A stretch of 64,000 nt of DNA from contig NC_043004.1 of the NCBI RefSeq assembly GCF_006345805.1, forward strand, positions 3,906,001 to 3,970,000, written 5' to 3'. The notes under the pieces are model-generated. The model did not search any database. It had not been told where the DNA came from and worked only from the letters and a program-made list of their open reading frames with translations. This document shows positions 14,160-26,190 of the stretch, piece by piece (the stretch's first letter is position 1; each line of letters starts with the position of its first letter). The DNA comes from Octopus sinensis (Eukaryota). Position numbers and translations under genes: made by a program.

Positions 14160-15551
14160 ATTATATATATATATATTATATATTATATATAATATATATA
14201 TATATACACAATACATACACTTGTACATCTATAAGTACAACTGCACAGATGCCAGTTGTAGAAATTCCAATAGAATTGGTAGTACAACAAACACTGTGAG
14301 AATGCGAAAAATTAAGGAAATGGTATCTTGTAAGTAGAAATAATTGATGCGATAAACATATGTCCAATTTGAATGAAGAAGTAAAATGCCTACAAGCCAA
14401 TGATTATAGGAAGGCAATGATGCGTGTAATGTTAATATTAGCAGCGGAGCAGAATTTGAAATAGGAAGTAGTAACAGAACTAAAGTCTTTCTCACGAAAC
14501 AATAACGAAATTAGAAAATATTCTTAGTTTTGAGAGCTGAGAGTAAAATGAAATAAGCAACACAATTAATATAGTCATAATAATAATAATAGTAATAGTA
14601 GTAGTAGTAATGATAACAATGGCGATGATGATGATTTATTCGACTCTAACGCTGTTTTGAATAAATTCTTCCTCCCCCCCCAACCAATTTTGTTGTTTTA
14701 TTGTCTTTATGTTTTGCATTTTTTCCCTTTTTGTTTTCATTCAATTTTTACTCCGACCATTTGTAGGTTTTCATTTGCAACTATTATTTGGGTCTCATCA
14801 CAAGATGCCGTGCGTAACCACTGGTTAGAAGTGTGAGGAGCGAAGGCGCTTGTTCATTTGTGTTCTGGAAACTCGGTTTTGTTGTTCCTTTTCTTGTTTC
14901 TATTGATCTTCATTATTTTTCTTTCTTATTTTTTTTAATGCTAAGTTCTTCCAGTTCTTTTGGAGAAATCAGTTCTGAGGTAATTCTTACTGGGCAATGT
15001 AGAAACTAGGTTTTTAGCTCTATATCATTAATCTCATGCCTTCTGTTTTGGCGCATTCTACTGGGCAAAATTCTAGTATGGCTTTGTGGCTAATGGAAGT
15101 CTTTAGGACTTACAAACCCATCTTGACGACCCCTGGTTGCATGTTGTTTCTCGTTAGCGCTACGTTAATTACTCGAACATACTCTGATTTCTGTTACTTT
15201 TGTATTTCTTGTCCCAATGTACAGGAGTACAAGGATAGAGACGAATGTTTCCCTGAGATACAAAGGTATAGGCGGCGGCGGCGGCTGTATGTCTGACAAT
15301 TTCATTCTGTGTTTTAGCTAGGTCTTCAGTTTGAAAAATACAGCATATAGGGCCATAATAAGTCTGCCTTTTTCAATTGAAAGGATTTCTGCCAATGTCT
15401 TGAAGTGCTTTTTATACTTCTCGTCGTGAAGGTATTTTTGGTGTACTCCCCTTCTTTTAAAAACTGATATATATGTGTTGCTACACATCGCTGGTCACAA
15501 TGCGATTCGCATTGTTTGTTTTATATATATTCATATATATATATATATATA

Positions 15552-15595
<44 letters not shown>

Positions 15596-15723
15596 ATATA
15601 TTATATATATAATATATATATATATGTATGTATGCATGTATATATGTATATATATATATATGCAAGTATATATATATATATTATATATATAATATATAAT
15701 ATATATATATATATTATATATAT

Positions 15724-15780
<57 letters not shown>

Positions 15781-15838
15781 ATATATATTATATATACATA
15801 TATATATATGCATGTATATATGTATATATATATATATA

Positions 15839-15972
15839 TGGAAGGTGTTTGTAAGCCATTTAAGAAACACACAAAAGCCGTTCCACGCTTACAAACACCT
15901 TCCATGCTGCAATTGTTTTCGTTCCAGCACACGATCTCAGATCAAATCACTTGCTATGCGAGTACATCTCCC
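15839..15972. mobile_element. Collapsed foldback element in (TA)n, same family as 38976-39237
   Basis: Perfect 18-bp arms 15839-15856 / 15887-15904; the rest matches the reverse complement of 38979-39060. Confidence 0.8.
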
Positions 15973-16041
<69 letters not shown>

Positions 16042-16429
16042 TTCTCTTTGTCCTCTTTTGGATTAGCTCTTGCGCTAAAGAAATGCTATCGATTTTACAA
16101 CTTTGAGTTGTCTAAGAATTGAATCGCTATTAATAGAGGCTTTAGAAGATACAACTACGACTGTAGTTACTAAAGCTATCATCGAAACCACCTAAAAAGT
16201 GTTTGGCATGTATTTTTTTGTTTATCTATTAGTTATTCATACAACTGTTCGTTTTCTCCTTCTTTTTATATGTCCAGCTTTGTGTATAATCATTTTGTGT
16301 CTTTGCTTTTTTTCACTGCAAACAGTAGATCTACGTATTCTAAAAGTCGTTCAGTACAACACTAAACCGTCTTCTTCGCACCTGCATTACCCAACGGTCA
16401 CTACCTTGTTAGATACGCAATAGCGTTTC

Positions 16430-16842
16430 AAGACGGTGAGCTGGCAGAATCGTTAGCACGCCGGGCAAAATGCCTAGCGGTATTTCGTCTGCTGTTACGT
16501 TCTAAGTTCAAATTCCGCCGAGGTCGACTTTGCCTTTCATCCTTTCGGGATCGATTAAATAAGTACCAGTTACGCACTGGGGTCGATATAAGCGACTTAA
16601 TCCGTTTGTCTATCCTTGCTTGTCCTCTTTGTGTTTGGCCCCTTGTGGGTAGTAAAGAAATAGGTATTTCGTCTGCCGCTACGTTCTGAGTTCAAATTCC
16701 GCCCAGGTCGACTTTGCCTTTCATCCTTTCGGGGTCGATAAATTAAGTACCAGTTACGCACTGGGGTCAATGTAATCGACTTAATCCCTTTGTCCTTGTT
16801 TGTCCCCTCTGTGTTTAGCCCCATGTGGGCAATAAAGAAATA
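16430..16842 (+). mobile_element. SINE-B dimer (full unit plus 5'-truncated unit) within one TSD
   Basis: Unit 1 16430-16662; unit 2 starts GGTATTTCGTC at 16663; flanks AGATACGCAA(T/C)AGC at 16411-16424 and 16843-16856. Confidence 0.9.
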
Positions 16843-17496
16843 AGATACGCAACAGCTTTGGAAGAATTGATTCACACACACCTACGCGCGCACGCAAACA
16901 CATACAGACAGACATATGTATGAACGGGGAACATGTTTTCTATTGGACGCGTAGTGAAAACTAGTTTTTTCATTTTTATCAAATCCTTTTTCACATGTTA
17001 GTGGGAGTTCCTCGAACTTTGGAAAAGTAAGGTTCTTAATTCCATCGGCAACATATCTAGATCTTCATAGGCTCATCTTCAGGAAGGATTAATGTTGGAA
17101 TGCTTTTGTTTCTCTTTACGGTAGTCAGGAATTATGTATTGATGCAGGCATTACCAGCAGAATAATATGAATTTCGACCGCAAAATATAGTCATGAGCAT
17201 ACATGTGTACCAACATACGTACATAACGTACATACATACAAAAGCCTCATTAGCAGTAACATAAATTGGCTCGCTTTTACCGCGGTCAGTTAAGGCGAGT
17301 TGATTTTATTAATGTCCGCCTCATGTCCCATTGCTACAATTCCTTTCCCACATCCCCTACTTCCTCACTTCACACTTAACCTGCCCTCAATTATATTTGT
17401 TAAGTGCACCGGAGGGTCTGGCCTGTAACTCGCCTGGAGCCCGTGAGAATCAACAGACGAAACTCAGAGTAGCAAAACAGACTGATTTCACCAAAA

Positions 17497-17560
<64 letters not shown>

Positions 17561-17808
17561 GTGAGAGTTAGAGGTTGGGAAACCAAGCAACTAAGGGATA
17601 GTACCTATCCAATATACTGCTGGTACCCAATTATTCATACCCAAATGCTGGTTATTGCGTGGCAATCTCGCAGGTGAGTGTTATATATGAGCGGAGTTAA
17701 AGAGTGGTTTACCCTTAATTTATACGGCAAATACGAAAATGGAGAGTATACAAAATGACACACATCTTCCGGTAGACATTGCAGTGTATCTATTTATTCC
17801 AAAACATT

Positions 17809-17962
17809 AGAAAGTATTAGAAAACATACACATGCAGTAACACATGTGTTGCACACACGTGTGTAAATATTACAGGTCATTTGCTCTTTTCTGAAATATT
17901 AACACACGTGTGTGTAACACATAGTTACTGCATGTGCATATTTTCTTCTTCTAATACTTTCT
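17809..17962. mobile_element. MITE/foldback with ~65-bp arms
   Basis: AGAAAGTATTAG...GTGTAAATATT vs AATATTAACAC...CTAATACTTTCT, inverted with a few indels and mismatches. Confidence 0.7.
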
Positions 17963-18069
17963 CATGCTTTGAAATAAATAGACACACTGGAATGTCTACC
18001 GGATGACGCATGTCGTTTTGTGTCCTGTCCATTTTCGCATTTGCTTTCTTTCTCTCTCTCTCTCTCACT

Positions 18070-18175
<106 letters not shown>

Positions 18176-18385
18176 ATAATACAGAGATTGTTTCTTATCA
18201 GGAACAAAATGTTTAATAGGACTGCTATAGAAGTGCTCAATTAAATGAGACAAATATATTAAACTATATTCTATGTGAAAAAAAAAAAGCATTATGTGAT
18301 TAAATGTTCGAGATATGAAATGTTACGTGGATGACCTTGTATTTGTTTGCTCTGCAACCATAGTTTAATATATATATATATATAC

Positions 18386-18418
<33 letters not shown>

Positions 18419-19011
18419 TGTATGTATGTATGTATGTATGTATATGCCAAATGATAAACTCAGCTGCAACACTTACGACTAAGCCACACATTTAGAATCC
18501 TTGATATCATTCTTCAGCTAAGATGTTGGCTCTACAGTTCCACAAATCATTCAAATTTCTATTTAATCGCATCAAAGATGTGGCAACGATTTTATATTAC
18601 AAGGGCATTGCTTATAATGGCTTTCTTTAACTGTGTTAAACCGTTAAAGCATTTCTCTTGTAAAGCTGATAATAATTTTTCAATTTTCCAAATTCTTCCC
18701 AGTTTTTCATATTTGTCTTGACATCACTTCTCTAGAAATGTTCAATGCAAAACAAAATAACATACAAATACACGCACATCGCACATACATACCTACATAC
18801 ACAAACACACACATACACAACCACACACACATACACACCGTTTCACGTTCACACACGTACACACACAAATATGCAAATGTGTGTGTGTGTGTGCCTGTGT
18901 GCGTGTGTGTGAATCCATACATAGGCTACATTTATTGCACATACACATGTGCACAGAGGCAAGCATTTGCATACATATACATGCATACATAGTTATAGAT
19001 ATAGACAGTTA

Positions 19012-19080
<69 letters not shown>

Positions 19081-19084
<4 letters not shown>

Positions 19085-19254
19085 ATTCAAACATGAAAGC
19101 ACAAAAAAAACACAACACGCGAGGACGTGGAACAAATATATTATATGGACGCTCAGGAAAGAAGGAAGAGGAGGGTTTAACGTTTCGAGCGGAGCTCTTC
19201 GTCGGAACATAGGAGAGGGAAAGATCCAGAGAAGGAAAGACAGAGGAAAAAATC
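19081..19254 (-). mobile_element. Short hammerhead-like element in (TA)n (Penelope pLTR or retrozyme-like)
   Basis: Minus strand CCGACGA-A-GAGC-TCC-GCTC-GAAA-CGTT...AGCG-TC; related copies at 22068-22228 and 27731-27950. Confidence 0.55.
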
Positions 19255-19270
19255 ATATTATATATATATA

Positions 19271-19311
<41 letters not shown>

Positions 19312-19425
19312 TATATATATATATATATAGGCAGAGAGACAGACAGACACATAGATAGATAGCTAGATAAATAGATAGATTGAGAGAGAGAGAGAGAGAG
19401 AGTGAGGGAGAGAGAGTAAGAGATC

Positions 19426-19906
19426 TTTCTCTATTAGCCACACAGGACCGAACACAGAGGGGACAAATACAATGTAGAGCTTTTCCTTCGAAAGAAAAGA
19501 AAGAGAAAAATATTTCGATCAAAAGGGATCGTGTTAAAAAAAATCCGATCAAAATGTAAAAAGAAAGATTAGATTTATCCGTGGAAAGAAAAGCCTACGA
19601 AAAAGACCGCGGTGACCTCAAGCAGGGAGGGAAAAACATACGAGAGCAAAGCGCTCTCTCTTTTTTCGATTTACAGGATCATGCTGAATGTGGTTCCGTC
19701 ATTTATTCGTATCATCCTTACTACACTCACCTACCTTTTATTGAATCTTTCACGAGACAAAACTTGCCTCTCTATTCACACCTTCCTTTTCAAGTGGTAC
19801 TCGAAAAAGTTGATGAGCGATTGGCCAGAGAAGAAAGTGTTTGTCTCTAAACCTTTCGCTTGAGTCCACCACACACATTCTTTCACCAGTACGATGAAAA
19901 CTGCCT
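19426..19906 (-). mobile_element. Tx1/L1-like LINE 3' end, copy 1 (5'-truncated)
   Basis: Homologous to 20061-20670 (KECVWWTQAKGLETNTFFSGQSLINFFEYHLKRKV); flanked by GA/GATA and GGTA/GATA repeats. Confidence 0.85.
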
Positions 19907-19964
19907 TAGATAGGTAGGTAGTTAGGTAGGTAGGTAGGTAGGTAGGTAAGTAGGTAGGTAGGTT

Positions 19965-20021
<57 letters not shown>

Positions 20022-20022
20022 G

Positions 20023-20060
<38 letters not shown>
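19907..20060. repeat. (TAGG)n/(TAGA)n microsatellite
   Basis: Direct reading. Confidence 0.95.
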
Positions 20061-21325
20061 TGTTTCTTTATTAGCCACACAGGGCTGCACACAGATAGAA
20101 CAAATTACAAGGTAGAGCTTTTCTTTTGAAGGTTTAAAAAAAAAAAAAGGAAGGGGGAGTTTCGATCAAAAGGGATCGTAAAAGGAGAGAAAGAGGACAA
20201 AAAAAAGGGGGGGGGTTAAAAAAAAAAAAAGGGGGGGAGAGGAAAAAAAATTGATCAATAGGGATCGTTATCACAGAAATGTCAATATGAAGTGTAAAGG
20301 GGAGGACAGTGAGGTTTACCCGTGGAAAGAAAAGCCTACGGAAAAGACCACGGTAACCTCGGTCAATGAAGTCACATTTTATATTTCTTTTTTTTTTTTT
20401 TTTTTTTTTGCAAATAAGCAACTCTCTGTTTTCGATTTCTGGGTTCATAGGACTATGCTCAAGGTGGCTTCGTCATTCATACGTGCCATTCTTGCTACAT
20501 TCACCCATCTTTTTTTAAAACATTCGCTAGACAAAACTTGCCTCTCTACTCTCACTTTCCTTTTCAAGTGGTACTTGAAGAAGTTGATGAGAGATTGACC
20601 AGAGAGGAAAGTGTTTGTCTCCAATCCTTTCAGACGCGTCCACCAGATACATTCTTTCGCCATAGCCAATGATGAAAATAGCTCTTCCTTCCCGTTTGAA
20701 GGAAGGAGGCGTGACAATATTGACGATAGACTCAGCTGATAAACCGACTCGTCCCACACGTGACAGCAGTTGTTCGACATAAGCCCACAGGTCGGAAATT
20801 GTTGGACACTGAACGAGTGCGTGCAGAACGGTTTCGTCGCTCTGACCGCATCTCGGGCAGGTCGGCCCCGTGTTTCTCGAGCCGTGTCTGTAGAGCTTAT
20901 CCCGAACGGGTAGCGCTTCTCGGTAGCACTGCCAGGCCAGGGATCTCTGGAAGTTGTCCATGGGCCCTGGCCCGAAAGTCGTCCCGAACAGGCGGGTCAG
21001 GTACTCCTCGTCGACGTCCAGGTTCGCCCCGAGCTCGTCGTCGTACCTCCCCTCCACTAAACCCCTATAGAATGCTTTGGTTGTGTTGAAGTCACTTAAG
21101 GTCGACCCAGGACGGCAGAGTTGCTTGAGAGCAACGCGACACTCGCGGTGCCATTCGCCCTTCCTCGGCCTCTTTTTGATCCACGACTGCAGTTCGGTCA
21201 TGGAGACGAGCTGCGGGAAAGCGTGCCTCACAAACGGCGACCACACCTGTTCACCGTCGTCTACATAGAGCCAGAGATGTCGCAGTCTCAGCGCGTGTCT
21301 GCGCATCATCAACCACGGCATGCCC
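20061..21325 (-). mobile_element. Tx1/L1-like LINE 3' end, copy 2: ORF2 C-terminus (zf-RVT) plus 3' UTR
   Basis: ORF 20527-21321 has WQCYREALPVRDKL...CPRCGQSDETVLHALVQCP, the zf-RVT pattern of L1-clade ORF2; one frameshift near 20680, continuing to a stop at 20445; GC-rich relative to surroundings. Confidence 0.9.

Positions 21326-21419
<94 letters not shown>
21326..21419. repeat. (AGAT)n microsatellite
   Basis: Direct reading; abuts the LINE truncation point. Confidence 0.95.
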
Positions 21420-21984
21420 TTTTTTAAGTAGTTAAACTATAGATTTTTTCGAGACATCGCAGTAAAGCTAAACATAGGTGAATACATTTGTTCTCTTAGT
21501 GTAAAAAAAAATATAGGAGATTGCTCCGACACAATTCAAGGTGAGTTTATTATTTATCAGAAGACAAGTACTTGTCAGTACTTAAACCAAACACAGGCGG
21601 AACCAATTTGCGTAACACAAGTACGTGAGCAACTTTGATACATTAATTAATAAATTTTTACGCAGTAATCTAAGCTTTAGAAATCTCAAGTATGTCTTTT
21701 TATAGTTCAACTCATTGCAAGTCTTTCATAAAAGACAATAACCTCATCCTTTTTCTTACCACTCGTTTGCCATTGTTTTCAAGAGCTTTTCTTTGACGTT
21801 CTTTTTTAGGTCACAAAAATAGGAATGCAAGCATCCAATACACACATACACTCATATAGCTATATATGCGTGTGTGTGTATGTATGTGTGTGTGTCTACC
21901 TGTGAACATGCGAGCGTATAATCTTTCCCTCTCTTTCTCTCTCCCTCTCTCTCTCTCTTTCTCTCTCTCCCTCTCTCTCACTCG

Positions 21985-22067
<83 letters not shown>

Positions 22068-22070
<3 letters not shown>

Positions 22071-22228
22071 GAAATTTATAGAAAAGCAAAAGACGAAGAC
22101 AGGTGCATGAACAACAAGCAAGTGTATTAGTTTGACGTTCAGGAAAATGAAAAAGTATTTTACGTTTCGAACCTACGCTCTTCAACAGAAAGGAATAAGA
22201 GAAAATAAACAGAGAGAGAATGAAAAAC
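22068..22228 (-). mobile_element. Short element with a type I hammerhead-like fold, next to (TA)n
   Basis: 22125-22197 on minus: UAUUCCUUU-CUGUUGA-A-GAGC-GUAG-GUUC-GAAA-CGU...ACG-UC^AAACUAAUA. Confidence 0.6.
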
Positions 22229-22569
22229 ATATATGCACACACATATACACACACAGTCACACAAACACAGACACATAGAAACACACATGTGCATGCACAC
22301 ACACACACACATGAATGTATATACTTAAATTAGCTTCAACCAGAATCGGCCCAGGTCATGACTGACTTAATAACACCTGGAAAAGATATTGAATAACGTT
22401 TCATATCACAGTCAGTCTTTGTATACCGTAGCCCATTCGAAGAGAGAGTTATAGTTTGTGGAGGTTTTTATCCTGATGTAGGTGGTTTATCTGGAATTTG
22501 TTAGAGATATTCATCCAGGAACTATTTGGGACTCTTATGTGTGTGTGTGTACAGAATATACTCATGTAA

Positions 22570-22624
<55 letters not shown>

Positions 22625-22628
22625 TACA

Positions 22629-22698
<70 letters not shown>

Positions 22699-22742
22699 AT
22701 ATTATATATATATATATACATACAACACACACACACATATAT

Positions 22743-22773
<31 letters not shown>

Positions 22774-22791
22774 GTATATGTATATATATAA

Positions 22792-23185
22792 CTAGCAGTA
22801 TCGCCCGGCGTTGCTCGGGTTTGTAAGGGAATTAACTATATAAGCATTTTTAGAGATGTAAAGTATAATAGCCATCTCAATATGGCTAACCACAAACGGG
22901 GGTGTTACTGTAGCTTTTTACGTTCTGAGATTTAATAATACATTTTTAGAGAGTTACTTCCCTTATATAATAGCAAAAAAATGCATTAAAATGGAAAAAA
23001 ATGATGGTAATTTTTTTTTTAAATCGTAGACTCATCGTAGACGCGCGCTAATACCCAGAAGGGCTCGATATGAATCACGACTATAAGATACCCGGTTTTG
23101 GTTACACTGCACCGCAAAATGTGGGAGTAGTTAGGAATCTAAATCGTAGGAGACAGACACACAACTTCACTTTTATATATAAAGA
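22792..23185 (-). mobile_element. Complete non-autonomous Helitron (394 bp)
   Basis: On minus: A|TCTTTATAT start, 3' CCCGAGCAACGCCGGG hairpin then CTAG|T end, no TSD. These are the canonical Helitron termini. Confidence 0.85.
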
Positions 23186-23221
23186 TTTACATGAGTATAT
23201 TTTGTGTATATATATATATAT

Positions 23222-23528
23222 ACTCTCTTTACTCTTTACTCTTTTACTTGTTTCAGTCATTTGACTGTGGCCATGCTGGAGCACCTCCTTTAGTCGAGTA
23301 AATCGAACCCAGGACTTATTCTTTGTAAGCCTAGTACTTATTCTATCGGTCTCTTTTGCCGAACCGCAAAGTTACGGGGACGTAAACACACCAGCATCGG
23401 TTGTCAAGCGATGATGTGGGGACAAACATAGACATACAAACACATACACACATACATACATACATATATGTATATACATACATATATGTATGTATATATA
23501 TTATATATATATATATAATATATATAAT

Positions 23529-23579
<51 letters not shown>

Positions 23580-23864
23580 CTTTGTAAGCCTAGTACTTAT
23601 TCTATCGGGCTCTCTTACGAACCGCTAGGTGACGGGGACGTCTAGCGATGTTGGAGGGACAAACACAGACGCACAAACATATACATACACATATATATAT
23701 ACGACGGGCTTCTTTCAGTTTCGGTCTACCAAATCCACTCACAAGGCTTTGGTCGGCCCGAGGCTATAGTAGAAGACACTTGCCCAAGGTGCCACGCGGT
23801 TGGACTGAACCCGGAACCATGGTGATGGTAAGCAAGCTATTTACCACATAGCCACTCCTGCGCC

Positions 23865-23866
<2 letters not shown>
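23222..23866 (-). mobile_element. SINE-A composite with a partially duplicated body
   Basis: Body segment TATTCTTTGTAAGCC...ACAAAC occurs at ~23317 and again at ~23576; one head at 23700-23866. Confidence 0.85.
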
Positions 23867-23907
<41 letters not shown>

Positions 23908-23978
23908 ACACACATATATATATATATATATATTTATATGCATGTATATAATATTACTTTACATGTATATTATATATA

Positions 23979-24050
23979 TATGATCAATCTGTGAAATTTA
24001 TGCTTTTCTGCCTTCTGTTTTAATTACACACATACACACTCACACACACA

Positions 24051-24087
<37 letters not shown>

Positions 24088-24417
24088 AGCGTTCACTATC
24101 TTCCAACCGTTGTGGTCTAACGACCTTCCATGTTTGTTTTCGTTCGGTTTCCTTGTATGTCTTTACTATTCTGTTTTTGTTCCCAACTTTGACCCTGCAT
24201 TAATCCAAAATTTTATTTTGGTACTTATGAGAGCAACTGTCTTCGGAGATTCATAGTGTTATTGAACGCTCGAAATGAGGAGTAGATAGACAGCCGACAA
24301 CTGATGAAGGGCCGTTCTCCGTGTTACTTGTCCTGTTTTCCATTTTTTTGCTCTCGTTGTTTGTTTTCGTACTTCATGTTGTTTACACAGTTGGTGACGT
24401 CCTGTACCCATATATAC

Positions 24418-24461
<44 letters not shown>

Positions 24462-24776
24462 TATATCTTCTATGCATGACTCCGTGTACAACTGTTACTC
24501 TTAAGTTCAGAGCTCCGCGTAGATTAGTATTAGCAGTATTACTGGTTATGATATATAAAGCAAACGGAGAGATTACGATCAACACAAATTTGCGTATATT
24601 CATATACATGTATATTTGTGTGTGTGCGTGCGTGCGTGCGTGCGTGCGTGTATATGTATTTGTGTGTATGCATGTGTTTGTATGCATGTGAGTGTGTGTC
24701 TGTGTGTGTGAGTGAGTTTGTATGTGTGTAATTAAAGCAGAAGGCAGAAAAGTATAAATTTCACAGATTGATCATA
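23979..24776. mobile_element. Foldback (65-bp arms) enclosing a Penelope-like region with hammerhead-like cores
   Basis: 23979-24043 vs 24712-24776 inverted, ~3 mismatches; CTTATGA-GAGC...GCTC-GAAAT at 24224-24276 and CTGATGAAGG at 24301. Confidence 0.6.
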
Positions 24777-25690
24777 ATTTGATTACTGTCATCTGCTGTT
24801 TTATTAGAAAATAAACACCATCAATTCAATAATTAATTAATATAAATTAATTGAAAACAATGATTATCCCAAATTATCATGGGTGTTACGGACCAAGGCA
24901 GCCACACACCGTTAACGGTTCCATTATAAACGAGACTGAGAGAGTCTCTCTCGCTCTCTCTCTGAATGTTATGGAAAATTCTTCCCACCATCTTGCATTC
25001 TACTCAACTCTTAGAAGTAACGAACAAATTTCCATATTCCTGCTAATAGCAAATTCATGATTGGGAACTTCAAGCACGAATATCCCTCCTCCATCTTAAG
25101 TTAACGTACGACAGCTGATGACCCACAGCAATTACAAAGTCAAGAGTTGCCTTATTGTATTGTGAACCTAGCAAACACGTACAATCGAACATCTGAACGA
25201 AAGCAAGGTTTATATTTAGAACCTGGTCTGTCTCACATGAATTAACATAAGATTCTAAAGTTGTAGTGAGCAGTTGTGCTCTTGTACCACACCATAAACC
25301 ATACACACATCTATTAAAGTAGGCAGCCATGGATGACAGCAATGTGATAGGAAATACAAAACTTAGGAAACTTATAAATGTCAAAATACGTAAATGTCTT
25401 CGGTTAATGATGGGAAGAAGCTGCCTGCAGCAAGCTGGAATTGAAACAACATCTCGTTTTTATTCCATTTTTTCGCAAGTAAGATTTTGAGTTATGTTAT
25501 TGAAATATCTATTGTTAGAAACCATTCTCTTTGTTATAACAAATGGCGCCATGAAGGAGGAAAAAATAATAATGATGAGTGTACAGTAAAAACTCCTTTC
25601 TTTTTTTTAAAGGTTAGAGAGAAGGAGTTTATTCGGAGAATATTCGAGCGCCAGTTAATTAAGTTACTGATACACACACGCACGCGCACG

Positions 25691-25721
<31 letters not shown>

Positions 25722-25791
25722 ACACACATGCACACATACACACACACGCACACAGACACATATATATATAATCATGTACATATATATATGC

Positions 25792-25822
<31 letters not shown>

Positions 25823-26154
25823 CGCGCGTGTGTGTGTGCGCGCGTGTGTGTGTGTGTGTATGTATAAGTGTATGTGTGTGTGTGTGCATGTGTCTTGAAT
25901 ATAAGCGTTGCATCCATGAGGAGAAGTATCTATGTATGCATGTATGTGAGTAAATTTAAATACGCATATGTGTGTGTGTGTGTGAGAGAGAGAGTGTGTA
26001 TGCATGTGTATATGGATGTATGCACACGTACGTATATATGAATCTAAACGACCATAAGTATCTACATTCGCACATATGTATACGCTAACACACACACACA
26101 TAAGTATACATATGTATATGTATATATGTGTATATGAGTGTGTGAGTGTGCGTG

Positions 26155-26190
<36 letters not shown>

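Noticed and set aside
15225-15265. 41-nt plus-strand exon (polypyrimidine tract, CAG, donor GTATAG)
   Set aside because: Splice signals are plausible, but the peptide is unrecognised and no partner exon can be justified.
17560-17679. First exon implied by a perfect CAG|GTGAGT donor
   Set aside because: An isolated donor with no acceptor or promoter evidence.
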